Of a stretch of 48,875 nt of DNA, positions 27,194 to 36,665 are shown one piece after another. Source of the DNA: Phycisphaerae bacterium (lineage in GTDB: Bacteria; Planctomycetota; Phycisphaerae; UBA1845). The stretch is from positions 1 to 48,875 of the forward strand of contig JAJDDR010000046.1 in assembly GCA_029260255.1 (NCBI GenBank), read 5' to 3'. Both the position numbers and the translations under genes were made by a program. Numbering within the stretch: position 1 is the stretch's first letter; every line of letters begins with the position of its first letter. Under the pieces are notes generated by a model. It saw only the letters and a program-made list of their open reading frames with translations, had not been told where the DNA came from and did not search any database.

Positions 27194-29935
27194 ATGACGG
27201 ATGCGAGCGACCACTTCAACGCCGAAGCAACATTGGAAACCAAAGGCGGAGACGTCACGCTCTTCCGCCTCGACGCCTTGACCAGGCAAGGCATCGGACA
27301 CGTCGATAAGCTGCCGTTCAGCATCAAGATCCTGCTGGAAAGCGCCCTGCGAAACATCGACGGCCGCCAGGTCTCCGAAGACGACGTCACCCGCCTCGCC
27401 GCATGGAACGCAAAGCAACCCGGCAGTGCTGAAATCCCCTTCAAGCCCGCGCGCGTCATCCTACAGGACTTCACCGGCGTCCCCGCCGTCGTCGACCTCG
27501 CAGCCATGCGCGACGCCGTCGCGCAGCTCGGTGGCGATCCCAAGAAGATCAATCCGCAGCTTCCCGTCGATCTGGTGATCGATCACTCCGTCCAGGTCGA
27601 CAGCTTCGGCTCACCCGACTCACTCGCTATCAACGCTGAAATCGAGTTCCAAAGAAATCAACAACGCTACGAGTTCCTCCGGTGGGGACAGACCGCTTTC
27701 GATAACTTCCGAGTCATCCCCCCCGCAACCGGAATCATCCATCAGGTCAACCTCGAATACCTCGCCCACACCGTATACGCCGTAAAACACGACGGCCGAA
27801 CCGTCGCCATGCCCGACAGTCTCGTCGGCACCGACAGCCACACCACCATGATCAACGGCCTCGCAGTGCTGGGATGGGGCGTCGGCGGGATCGAAGCCGA
27901 AGCAGTCATGCTCGGTCAGCCCATCTGCATGGTCACACCCGAAGTCATCGGATTCCGCCTCACCGGCTCGCTTCCACCCGGCGCGACGGCCACCGACCTC
28001 GTGCTCACCATCACGCAGATGCTCCGCGCCCACGGCGTCGTCGGAAAATTCGTCGAGTTCTTCGGACAAGGCCTCTCACGCATGAGCCTCGCCGACCGCG
28101 CCACAATCGCCAACATGGCCCCCGAATACGGCGCCACCATGGGCTTCTTCCCCGTCGACGGCGAGACGCTGCGATTCCTCCGCCAGACCAATCGCCCGGC
28201 CGATCTCGTCGATCTCGTCGAACGCTACACCAAGGAGCAAGGGCTCTTCCGCACCGACGACACCCCCGATCCGGAATTCACCCAGGTCCTCAAACTCGAC
28301 GTGTCGACCATCGAGCCCAGCCTCGCCGGACCCAAACGCCCGCAGGACCGCGTGCGCCTCGCGGACATGAAGTCCACCTTCCGCAAAGCGCTCCAAGCTC
28401 CCCTCAACGAGCGCGGCTTCGCACTCAGCGAGCACGACCTTCACCGCACCGCCGTCGTCGCTGAACCGCGACCGTCAGGGAGCGGCCTATCCCGGGACCC
28501 CGCCCCCCCGACGGAATTGCGCCACGGCTCCACCGTCATCGCCGCCATCACCAGTTGCACAAACACCTCGAACCCCAGCGTCATGATCGGCGCCGGCCTC
28601 CTCGCCAAGAAAGCCGTCGAGAAAGGCCTCTCCAGCAAGCCATACGTCAAGACCAGCCTCGCCCCCGGATCGCGCGTCGTCACCGAATACCTGAAAGCCG
28701 CCGGCGTCCTGCCCTATCTCGAGAAGCTCGGTTTCAACGTCGTCGCCTACGGCTGTACCACCTGCATCGGCAACAGCGGCCCGCTGCCCGAACCCGTGCG
28801 CGACGCCATCACCGAAGGCGACCTCGTCGTCTCGGCCGTCATCAGCGGCAACCGCAACTTTGAAGGACGCATCAACCCGCACGTGAAAGCCAACTACCTC
28901 GCCTCGCCCCCGCTCGTCGTCGCCTACGCCATCGCCGGCACCGTCGACATCGACCTGAACACCGAACCGCTCGGCACCGACTCCAATGGCCAACCCGTTT
29001 ACCTCGAGGATATCTGGCCAACGCATGACGAGATCAAGACCGCGGTCGACGCATCGGTCACACCCGCTCTATTCGCCGAGCAGTACGCCAACGTCTTCGA
29101 CGGCAACGATCGATGGAACGCCGTCAAAGCCCCGACCGGTGACACCTACGAGTGGAGCGACGACAACGACTACATCCAGAACCCCCCGTTCTTCACCGGC
29201 ATGAAGAGCACCCCGGACCCCATCGCCGCCATCACCGGCGCCCGCGTGCTGGTCATGGTGGGCGACTCGATCACCACCGACCACATCTCCCCGGCCGGCG
29301 CCATCGCGCCCGACTCACCCGCCGGACGCTACCTCCAGGATCGCGGCGTCAAACCCACCGACTTCAACAGCTACGGCTCGCGCCGCGGCAACGACCGCGT
29401 CATGACGCGCGGCACGTTCGCCAACGTGCGGCTCCGCAACCAACTCGCCCCCGGCACCGAGGGCGGCGTGACGACCTACCTGCCGACAGGCGAGCAGATG
29501 TCGATCTACGAAGCATCAACGCAATACTAGAACACCGGCACACCCCTCGTCGTCCTCGCCGGCGCCGAGTACGGCACCGGCTCCTCGCGCGACTGGGCCG
29601 CCAAGGGCACCATGCTCCTCGGCGTCCGCGCCGTCCTGGCCACCTCATTCGAGCGCATCCACCGCAGCAACCTCGTCGGCATGGGCGTCCTCCCGCTCCA
29701 GTTCGCAGACGGCACCACGCGCGAGTCGCTCGGCTTAACCGGCCTCGAGACGTTCGACATTCAGATCGACGACAACCTCAAACCGCGCCAAGACGTCGAA
29801 GTCATCGCCACTACTCCCGACGGCGAGAAGAAGACACTCACCATGACCGCCCGCATCGACACCCCCATCGACGTCGACTACTACCGCCACGGCGGAATCC
29901 TCCACATGGTCCTCCGCAACCTCGCGAGGACCTGA
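27194..29935 (+). pseudogene. acnA: Aconitate hydratase AcnA, full length but interrupted by a single in-frame TAG at 29528-29530
   Basis: ATG 27194 ([11 protein letters not shown]...). The Fe-S ligand motifs are [10 protein letters not shown] and [11 protein letters not shown]. Track ORFs 26858-29530 and 29612-29935 are in the same frame. Reading through gives ...[60 protein letters not shown]..., colinear with aconitase. Confidence 0.85.
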
Positions 29936-29952
29936 CACTCGGAGTGAAACCG

Positions 29953-30285
29953 ATGACCACGCCCAGGAAACTCTTCTTGGTAAGTTCGCTGATCGTTGGA
30001 GCGCTGTGCATCGGCGGAGCGTGGTACAAGATCCAACTATCCGGAAGTGCCTCTCACGTGCATTTCGTCCTGCCCGACGGATACCGAGGCGTGTTCAAAC
30101 TGGTCGAGGATCAGGAGGGTGGCGTATACGTCCCAAACATCGGCAATCGTTACGATTACATTGTCCCACCCAGCGGGTTGCTTCGCGTCACCTCGATGGA
30201 GCCGTTCGACTGGAGCGGAATCGTGCGGGTCACCCTTGTTCCGGGGCGGGAACGGGGGGTAGTCGGGACGGCGCAGTCGACCTAG
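29953..30285 (+). CDS. Hypothetical small membrane-anchored protein (110 aa)
   Basis: ATG 29953 is preceded by GGAG. The N-terminal TM is LFLVSSLIVGALCIGGAWY. High GC3. Located between acnA and kdsC. No recognisable family. Confidence 0.5.
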   Translation: MTTPRKLFLVSSLIVGALCIGGAWYKIQLSGSASHVHFVLPDGYRGVFKLVEDQEGGVYVPNIGNRYDYIVPPSGLLRVTSMEPFDWSGIVRVTLVPGRERGVVGTAQST

Positions 30286-30327
30286 AATGCGGACCACTTG
30301 TGACGGAACCGCGGATTGAACGTTGTG

Positions 30328-30828
30328 ATGGACTTTGGCGACATACGGCTACTGGTACTCGACGTCGACGGCGTGCTCACACCGGGCGACGTCGTCTTCG
30401 ACGACAATCGCGTACGTGTGATGTCGTTCGACATACACGACGGCTGCGCGATCAAACTGTGGATCAACGCCGGACACCACGTCGCGTTGTTGTCGGGGCG
30501 GCGGTCGACGATCGTGCAGTGCCGCGCGGCGGAGTTGGGAATCGAGACGATTCGTCAGGGTATCGGCGACAAGGCCGTCGGGCTCAAGGCATTGCTGGAA
30601 GAGATGAACACCGTCGCGAAGGCGACGTGCTACGTTGGTGACGATCTGCCGGACGTGCCCGCGCTCTCGGCGTGCGGGTTTGGCGTCGCGGTGAAGAACG
30701 CGGTTCCCGCGGTGAAGCGTCATTCGGACTACGTGACGCGGCGTTGCGGCGGGTCGGGCGCGGTGGCCGAGGTGATCGAGCTTGTGTTGCGTAAGCAGGG
30801 ACGCTGGGTTGAACCGTCGTGCGAGTAG
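30328..30828 (+). CDS. kdsC: 3-deoxy-D-manno-octulosonate-8-phosphate phosphatase KdsC (HAD superfamily)
   Basis: HAD motif I is LLVLDVDGVLT, and DIHDGCAIKLW and YVGDDLPDVPA are KdsC-type blocks. The track start is TTG 30316. I prefer ATG 30328. Confidence 0.85.
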   Translation: MDFGDIRLLVLDVDGVLTPGDVVFDDNRVRVMSFDIHDGCAIKLWINAGHHVALLSGRRSTIVQCRAAELGIETIRQGIGDKAVGLKALLEEMNTVAKATCYVGDDLPDVPALSACGFGVAVKNAVPAVKRHSDYVTRRCGGSGAVAEVIELVLRKQGRWVEPSCE

Positions 30829-30835
30829 CTGAATC

Positions 30836-33800
30836 ATGAGGGTGTACCGCGGGAACATTACGGTCCGTCGCGCGCATGCGGTCGTTCGCTCGATGATTCT
30901 GGGAATGTCGACACTGGCGATCATCGGCGTGCTGTTCGCGGTGTATCAGTATTCGACGGGTGTGAATGAGGTTGAGGACTCGGACGTTCGCCAGCCGACG
31001 TTTGACCCGCCCGCGCTGGCGACGGCGCCGCCCCAAGCGGGCGCGGTGATGATCGACGAGCGCCCGCTGGGCGAGGGCGGCAAGTTCGTTATCGTTCAGT
31101 ACGAGCCGGGGAGCGATCGCGCGCGTCTCGAATTGGAGAGCACGGGCTGGAGGCCGACCGGAGATCGGGACGGCGAGTTTCAACAAATCGAGGTGGATCA
31201 GCCTGACATTCGCATGCTCACGCCGAACGGGCAGCGTATCCGTGTGCGGGCGGATGCCGGGCTGCTCTACGTGATACGGAGCGGTCAGAACTCGATGGAT
31301 CCGCGCCGCGGTGAGCTCGTCGGCAACGTGCAGATGGACGTGGACCGCATGCCGGAGGCCGAACGCCTGAAGTTGCCGGAGGACGAACGGGACGCGGAGC
31401 CCGATGAATCACGCATGATCCGGCTGAGGTTCGAGTCGGTTTCGTTTGATGTTGACGCGTCCCGCCTGGAAACGGACGGGGCGTTCACGCTGCGAATGGC
31501 CGAGGCCGGTGCGGAAGGCAGCGGGCTTCGCCTCACGTACAACGAGGTCGATCGGCGCGTTGAGCACTTCGAGATCGTCGAGGGGGGTTCGGTTTGGGTG
31601 CGGGGCGCTGACACCCTGTTCGTACGGGTCCTGCCGGGCGATCGGTCGACGGGAGACGGCCACCTCCCGCCGGCACCGGTTGGCAACGAAGTCGCGGCGG
31701 ACGAGCCGATTGAGCAGGCTGTCGTTGACCAGGAAGCGCCCGACACGTACGTCGCCGAGATTGAGGACGACGTGACGATCCTCAAGTTTGAGGGCGGGGA
31801 GAACATACAGCGATTGAGCGCGGACCTGGTTCGGGTCCTGTTCGACTTCGGGCGGCAGCAGCGTGAGCAAATGCGCACGGGGCGGTCGACGGCAAACACG
31901 ACGGACGGCACGGCCGCCGCCGCCGCGGACGAGAGGACGGAACCCGCGAGCTCGGAGGATCGGGTGACGCTCACCTGGTCCGGACGGCTCACGGTTCGCC
32001 CGCAACAGCAGGAGACTCCGTCGGAACCGCTCGACCCGGATGTGCAGCGATTCCGGATGGTGGCCACGGGATCGGAAGTTCTGCTGGCCGATCGGCTCGG
32101 CAAGGTGACCTGCCGGAAGATTGAGGTACACAGCGAAACGAACGACGTGTGGATCAGCGGACTGGGTGATCGCGTGGTCTTCTCTCATGAGGAACACGGC
32201 ACGCTGGTCGGCGGCGACATGTTCATCGACCGCGAGTCGGGTGTGGCCCGCATGTCCGGTCCGGCGCGGTGGGTTGGTTCCGTGGCTTCGGCGACCGGGG
32301 AGGGCGCCTCGGAAAGCACCGACGTCATCGATGTGCGGTTCGAGGAGTCGGCGGCGATGGTGATCGGCAGCTACGTCGAGCGGATCGTCCACCCGGTGAG
32401 CGGCGAGGCGCGTGAGAAGACGAGGAGCTACATCGAGACGGCGACGCTGACCGGCGACGTCGTGCTCAAACGCGGTGGGGATCTGATCGCGGGCGACACG
32501 GTGACGCTCGCGTTCGACGAGCCGCAGCGAGCGAGCGCGCCGCCGATGGATCTGACTGCGCTCGACGCAAACGGCAGCGTACTGTTGGTAAGCGGCGACG
32601 ATCGCGTGACGTGCAACGATCTTCGGATGACGTTCTCCCGCGGGGCGGATGGTCGTCCCGTTCCGCGGACGGCGACGGTGCGCGAGAACGTCGTTATCAC
32701 GCAGGGCGAGTTGCTGGTGACGGCGACGGACTATGTCATGTTGGAGATGGCGTCCGTATCCCGGCGTAGCGCGGCGAATGACGACGCTTCGTCCGACGAT
32801 CGGGTCGACAGCGGGTACACCGTGGGGATCGAATGGCTCGCCGCCGAGGGCGCCGTCACGGTGTCCGATCCGTCGCGTGGATTGGATCTCAGCGCCGAAT
32901 CGCTGGTCGCGGAGTTCGCAAGCGGTGAGATCAGCGTCGTGCGCGTCACCGGTCCCGACGGCGGCATGGCGTTTGTTGCGTCCGACGACTATTCGATTCG
33001 CGCGCATCGCATCGACGCGGACGTAACCGGCAGCAACGCGGACGTGTTCGGGTCCGGCGAGGTGCGACTGATCGCGCGGCGCGGTCTCGACGGGACGGAG
33101 TTCGATACTCCGATGCCGATCGAAGTCTCGTGGAGCGAGGCGATGTCGTTCCGCGGGAACCGCAACACGGCGCGCTTTCTGGGCGATGTTCACGCAGTGA
33201 GTCGCAGGCAGTCGGCGTCGACTACAACGAATGCGCTGCCGCAGATGGAGACCGTCACGGTCGATGCCCAGGAGTTGGTCATCGATCTCGCCGACGTCGA
33301 GCCGGAAAGCGAGCAAGTCGGCCCGGCGCCGCGGTCGGTCGGCACGCCGCTCATCGACGACGACGGCGAGGGCGACGAAACCGCCGGTCCGAGATTCAGC
33401 AAAGAGCCGGTCTACATCGTGGCGTCGCGCGGAGTAGTTGCGGTGTTTACCACCGTGGACGCGCTGCTCGGTCGGGTCACCAATCGAGCCCGGTTCGAAT
33501 CGGACAAGCTCACCGTGGATCTGCGTGCCGAGCTGTTGAACGTCCCGCAGGCCGGGTCACTCTTGATCGAGAACTACGGCCCCGACGGAGAGCCCGCGGC
33601 AGAGAAGACGGACGAGGCGTCGTTGTTCGGCACGGACGAGCCGTCGCAAACGTACATCTCCTGGGCGGGTTCGCTGTCGTACCATCAGGGTCGGCATCGC
33701 GCGGATTTCCGCGAGCGCGTTCATCTTGATCACCGTCGGGGACGCGAGATGGTGTTGTCGAAAGACCATCTTGCGAGCCACGGATTCCAGGCCGACGCGG

Positions 33801-34174
33801 ATCCAGACCTCGGACGCCGGACCCAGTTGGATTGCACCTCGCTGGTGGTGGAGTTTGCCGGCGAAGACCATTCCGATTCCCGCGCAAGCATCGGGAGCAT
33901 GAGCATCGAAGAGCTGCGCCAGCTCGAAGCATCCGGCGGCGTGTTGCTGGTCGACGATTATTTCACGGTCAACGCCTATCGCATCGTGAAATACGAGGAC
34001 AGCGAATTGCTGCGCATCTACGGTACGCCGGCGCGCCACGCGGAGATTTACGGTCGCGACGGGGACGCAACACAGTTCCAAGCGCTCGAATTCGCCTATG
34101 ATCTCGAAACGGGTCGCATCGACGCCGTCACGCCGCAGGTACGGGGACGCCGACGGGACCACGCCCCGCGTTGA
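30836..34174 (+). CDS. 1112-aa N-terminally anchored envelope protein, LptC/LptA (OstA)-like repeats (function inferred)
   Basis: Single N-terminal TM (MILGMSTLAIIGVLFAVYQY). The rest is beta-rich and acidic, with recurring 'partial step then G-N/D-V-x-hydrophobic' segments (ELVGNVQMDV; RENVVITQGELLVTATDYVMLEM; FLGDVHAVS; GGVLLVDDYFTVNAYRIVKYE). Lies immediately after kdsC, as lptC/lptA do in proteobacteria. Confidence 0.55.
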   Translation: MRVYRGNITVRRAHAVVRSMILGMSTLAIIGVLFAVYQYSTGVNEVEDSDVRQPTFDPPALATAPPQAGAVMIDERPLGEGGKFVIVQYEPGSDRARLELESTGWRPTGDRDGEFQQIEVDQPDIRMLTPNGQRIRVRADAGLLYVIRSGQNSMDPRRGELVGNVQMDVDRMPEAERLKLPEDERDAEPDESRMIRLRFESVSFDVDASRLETDGAFTLRMAEAGAEGSGLRLTYNEVDRRVEHFEIVEGGSVWVRGADTLFVRVLPGDRSTGDGHLPPAPVGNEVAADEPIEQAVVDQEAPDTYVAEIEDDVTILKFEGGENIQRLSADLVRVLFDFGRQQREQMRTGRSTANTTDGTAAAAADERTEPASSEDRVTLTWSGRLTVRPQQQETPSEPLDPDVQRFRMVATGSEVLLADRLGKVTCRKIEVHSETNDVWISGLGDRVVFSHEEHGTLVGGDMFIDRESGVARMSGPARWVGSVASATGEGASESTDVIDVRFEESAAMVIGSYVERIVHPVSGEAREKTRSYIETATLTGDVVLKRGGDLIAGDTVTLAFDEPQRASAPPMDLTALDANGSVLLVSGDDRVTCNDLRMTFSRGADGRPVPRTATVRENVVITQGELLVTATDYVMLEMASVSRRSAANDDASSDDRVDSGYTVGIEWLAAEGAVTVSDPSRGLDLSAESLVAEFASGEISVVRVTGPDGGMAFVASDDYSIRAHRIDADVTGSNADVFGSGEVRLIARRGLDGTEFDTPMPIEVSWSEAMSFRGNRNTARFLGDVHAVSRRQSASTTTNALPQMETVTVDAQELVIDLADVEPESEQVGPAPRSVGTPLIDDDGEGDETAGPRFSKEPVYIVASRGVVAVFTTVDALLGRVTNRARFESDKLTVDLRAELLNVPQAGSLLIENYGPDGEPAAEKTDEASLFGTDEPSQTYISWAGSLSYHQGRHRADFRERVHLDHRRGREMVLSKDHLASHGFQADADPDLGRRTQLDCTSLVVEFAGEDHSDSRASIGSMSIEELRQLEASGGVLLVDDYFTVNAYRIVKYEDSELLRIYGTPARHAEIYGRDGDATQFQALEFAYDLETGRIDAVTPQVRGRRRDHAPR

Positions 34175-34673
34175 GCGCAACGATCCTAACATCAATGCCG
34201 GAATGTTATTAGATCGATTCTGTTTTTGTGTGGAATTGTCGCTTGCCTCGCGGATCGGACGTTGAATAATCGATAGAGGCAGGAGTTTTCCTGTCTCACC
34301 GCAGTGGGTCCGCAGTTTCCAGTGTTCTACTGGGAACGGTAGCCCGCGGAGTTGTCCGTCGAACGAACAGCCACCCCTCAAAAACGCTGGGATACGGCGA
34401 TGTTTTCATGGTTTGTCATGGTGCTATCCGGACGGCGTTGGGTGCCCTGCGCTCGATCGCTGAGACTCGGGGGAAGGAGTCTGCCGGGTGGCTGTACCGA
34501 CGTGGCTATCGGGGAAGGCGACGTCAGACCGTCGTTCGAGGAGACAGGGTGACCGATGCGCGGTGGCCGGGTGACGCACGCGTCGCCGGGTCCCGCGCGT
34601 GATCCCATAGCTTACGGTTCCGGCAACGCAGCCGGGGGAGCGAAACGCTGCTGGCTGCGGTCCGGGCCGATTC

Positions 34674-34715
34674 CCGCCGCGGGAGGCCCCCACATCTCCC
34701 GTGGCGGCTTTTTTT
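34674..34715 (+). terminator. Rho-independent terminator 80 nt upstream of the lysA start
   Basis: CCGCCGCGGGAG-gcccccacat-CTCCCGTGGCGG forms a 12-bp stem with one G-U pair. It is followed by CTTTTTTT. Confidence 0.75.
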
Positions 34716-34794
34716 GCTCTGGTCATCAACGATCTCGGTCGTGGGCGTCGCGGCCTGTCGGCGGTTCGGTCGACCGGTTACCATCCGCTCCGCG

Positions 34795-36075
34795 ATGGAC
34801 TACTTCAGCTACGCGCGAGACGAACTATTCTGCGAAGACGTGCGTGTCGCGGACATCGCCGCGGCGCACGGCACCCCGGTATACGTCTACTCCCGTCAGA
34901 CTTTTCTCGATCATCTGGACAGAGTCCGTAGTGCGTTTTCAGAGTTGAACACCCTGGTCTGCTACTCGATCAAGAGCTGCCACAATCTCAACATACTCCG
35001 AATTCTCGAGGAACATGGCGCCAGTTTCGACGTCGTGAGTGTTGGTGAGCTTCGGCGCGCGCTTGAAGTTGACGCGGACCCGTCTCAGATAGTCTTCGCC
35101 GGCGTCGGGAAGACCGACGAGGAGATCGGCTTTGCGATCGACGCGGGTATCGGGTGGTTCAACGTCGAGAGCGAACAGGAACTGGAGCGGGTCAACCACA
35201 TCGCGGGAAAGCTGAACCGGACCGCGGGGTGCGCGCTGCGGGTCAACCCGGACGTCGATCCCAAGACACACCGCTACACGACGACGGGTAAGAAGGAAAC
35301 CAAGTTCGGCGTCGATCTCGAACGCGCTCGCCGGGTGTTCGCCGAATTCGGAAACCGCTCGGGCGTCGACCTCCGCGGCATCCACATTCACATCGGCTCG
35401 CCGGTCAACACCGTGGATCCGTACGTGCGGTCGACGCAGAAAGCGGTTGCGTTGATCGAGTTGCTTCGCGGTGACGGGCACACCATCGACACGTTGAACA
35501 TCGGCGGGGGTTTCGGCGCTCACTACACGGGCGACGAGGCGCCGCCGGCCAAGAGCTATGCAGATGCCGTCGCCCCGATCCTGCACGGTACGGGTCTGCG
35601 GCTCATCCTCGAACCGGGCCGCTCGATCGCCGCCAATGCGGGCATTCTGGTCGGGCGAACCATCTTCACCAAAGCCGGGGGCGACAAGCGTTTTCTCATC
35701 ACGGACGCTGCGATGACCGAGTTGTTACGCCCGGCGCTCTACGACGCGTACCACTTCGCCTGGCCGGTCAAACCGCCGTCGGGCTTTGCGCCGGCGCACC
35801 GAAGCGCGGACCTCAAGCCCGCCGGCAGCGTGCTGGTCGACGTCGTCGGTCCGGTTTGCGAGAGTGGCGATTTCCTGGCGAAGGATCGCTGGTTGCCGCC
35901 GATGGAGCGTGGCGACTTGCTGGCCGTGTTCAGCGCGGGGGCGTATGCGGCGGTGATGGCCAGCCGATACAATTCCCGACCGCTGGCGGCCGAGGTTCTG
36001 GTCGAAGGCGATCGGTTTCGTCTCATTCGACGGCGGGAGACGTACGACGACATGGTCCGACACGAGCGCGTCTGA
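34795..36075 (+). CDS. lysA: Diaminopimelate decarboxylase LysA
   Basis: ATG 34795 (MDYFSYARDELFCEDV...). The PLP-Lys block is VCYSIKSCHNLNIL. Other motifs are HIHIGSP, NIGGGFG, EPGRSI and VGPVCESGDF. Length 426 aa. Confidence 0.95.
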   Translation: MDYFSYARDELFCEDVRVADIAAAHGTPVYVYSRQTFLDHLDRVRSAFSELNTLVCYSIKSCHNLNILRILEEHGASFDVVSVGELRRALEVDADPSQIVFAGVGKTDEEIGFAIDAGIGWFNVESEQELERVNHIAGKLNRTAGCALRVNPDVDPKTHRYTTTGKKETKFGVDLERARRVFAEFGNRSGVDLRGIHIHIGSPVNTVDPYVRSTQKAVALIELLRGDGHTIDTLNIGGGFGAHYTGDEAPPAKSYADAVAPILHGTGLRLILEPGRSIAANAGILVGRTIFTKAGGDKRFLITDAAMTELLRPALYDAYHFAWPVKPPSGFAPAHRSADLKPAGSVLVDVVGPVCESGDFLAKDRWLPPMERGDLLAVFSAGAYAAVMASRYNSRPLAAEVLVEGDRFRLIRRRETYDDMVRHERV

Positions 36076-36087
36076 CTCGCCGGGTCT

Positions 36088-36296
36088 CTACGGTCGCTGG
36101 AGTCTCGTTTCAAGTTCGTCGGCCGGCGTGAAGTTCCAGACGCGGCCGACCTTCTTCTTTTCGAGCAAACCGCGGTCGGCGAGATCGACGGAGTCGACCG
36201 TGACTTTCTCGCGCGATCCGAGCAGGTAGCGCTCCGTCAGTGGTCGGTTTTCACCTTGCTGATTCGCTCTGTCGTGATGAAGTTGTCGAGGACCAT
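36088..36296 (-). pseudogene. Possible small winged-helix DNA-binding protein gene split by a frameshift
   Basis: Two adjacent high-GC3 reading frames. The first is ATG 36296 MVLDNFITTERISKVKTDH* (stop 36237-36239). The next frame reads ...LTERYLLGSREKVTVDSVDLADRGLLEKKKVGRVWNFTPADELETRLQRP* (stop 36088). The junction lies at an AAAA run. The rest of the 194-aa track ORF has poor codon bias. Confidence 0.3.
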
Positions 36297-36665
36297 CGGC
36301 TCGCTTCCGTCGCGGGGCTATCGGCCGGCGCCGAGCTATTGGCACCCATCGGTTCAAGACAGAGCGACTTAACGGACCATGCACGACCGGCGTCGACGGC
36401 GCCTGGGCGAGGCATTCGTCGCGAATCCCAACAATGGGAGCGCCGCCACCGTCCGGGGTGATCACGCCACGTCGAATCCGGCAACGAATGAAGCCTCCTG
36501 TGATGACCGATGGGTGGAAGGTGCGCTGCGTCGACGTTTCACTCCGACACACCCCGCGCTGGGTTATCGGATGAGAGCGGCGGCACTTTCTCCTACGCGG
36601 TGAACGCGGCAGCGCTTCGCGGGCCGGAACAAAAAAACTCGAAGATCGCAGAGGAGTAGCGCAAG

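Noticed and set aside
29528-29530. Genome-wide reassignment of TAG (or pyrrolysine) as an explanation for the acnA amber codon.
   Set aside because: TAG clearly terminates flhA (302-304), motA (8947-8949), flbD (9847-9849), the beta-propeller gene (39805-39807) and the CRTAC1 remnant at sensible protein ends. A local mutation, error or read-through is more parsimonious.
34440-34465. GGGTGCCC ... CTGAGA, reminiscent of the THI-box (TPP riboswitch).
   Set aside because: CTGAGA is sequestered in a local hairpin (AGACTC/GAGTCT). The obligatory ACCCnnnnCCUGAUCUGGAUAAUGCCAGCG part is absent, and the downstream gene is lysA, not a thiamine gene.
34560-34700. Weak resemblance to SRP RNA (GGTTCCGGCAACGCAGCC; ...GGCCCCCAC), to a tmRNA T-arm (GGGCCGATTCCCGCC) and to RNase P (GTCCGGGC).
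   Set aside because: None of the defining cores is present: the SRP GGAA tetraloop with AGCA loops, a tRNA-like acceptor/T-arm with CCA context, or GGAAAGUCCGGGC. They are only short GC-rich coincidences.
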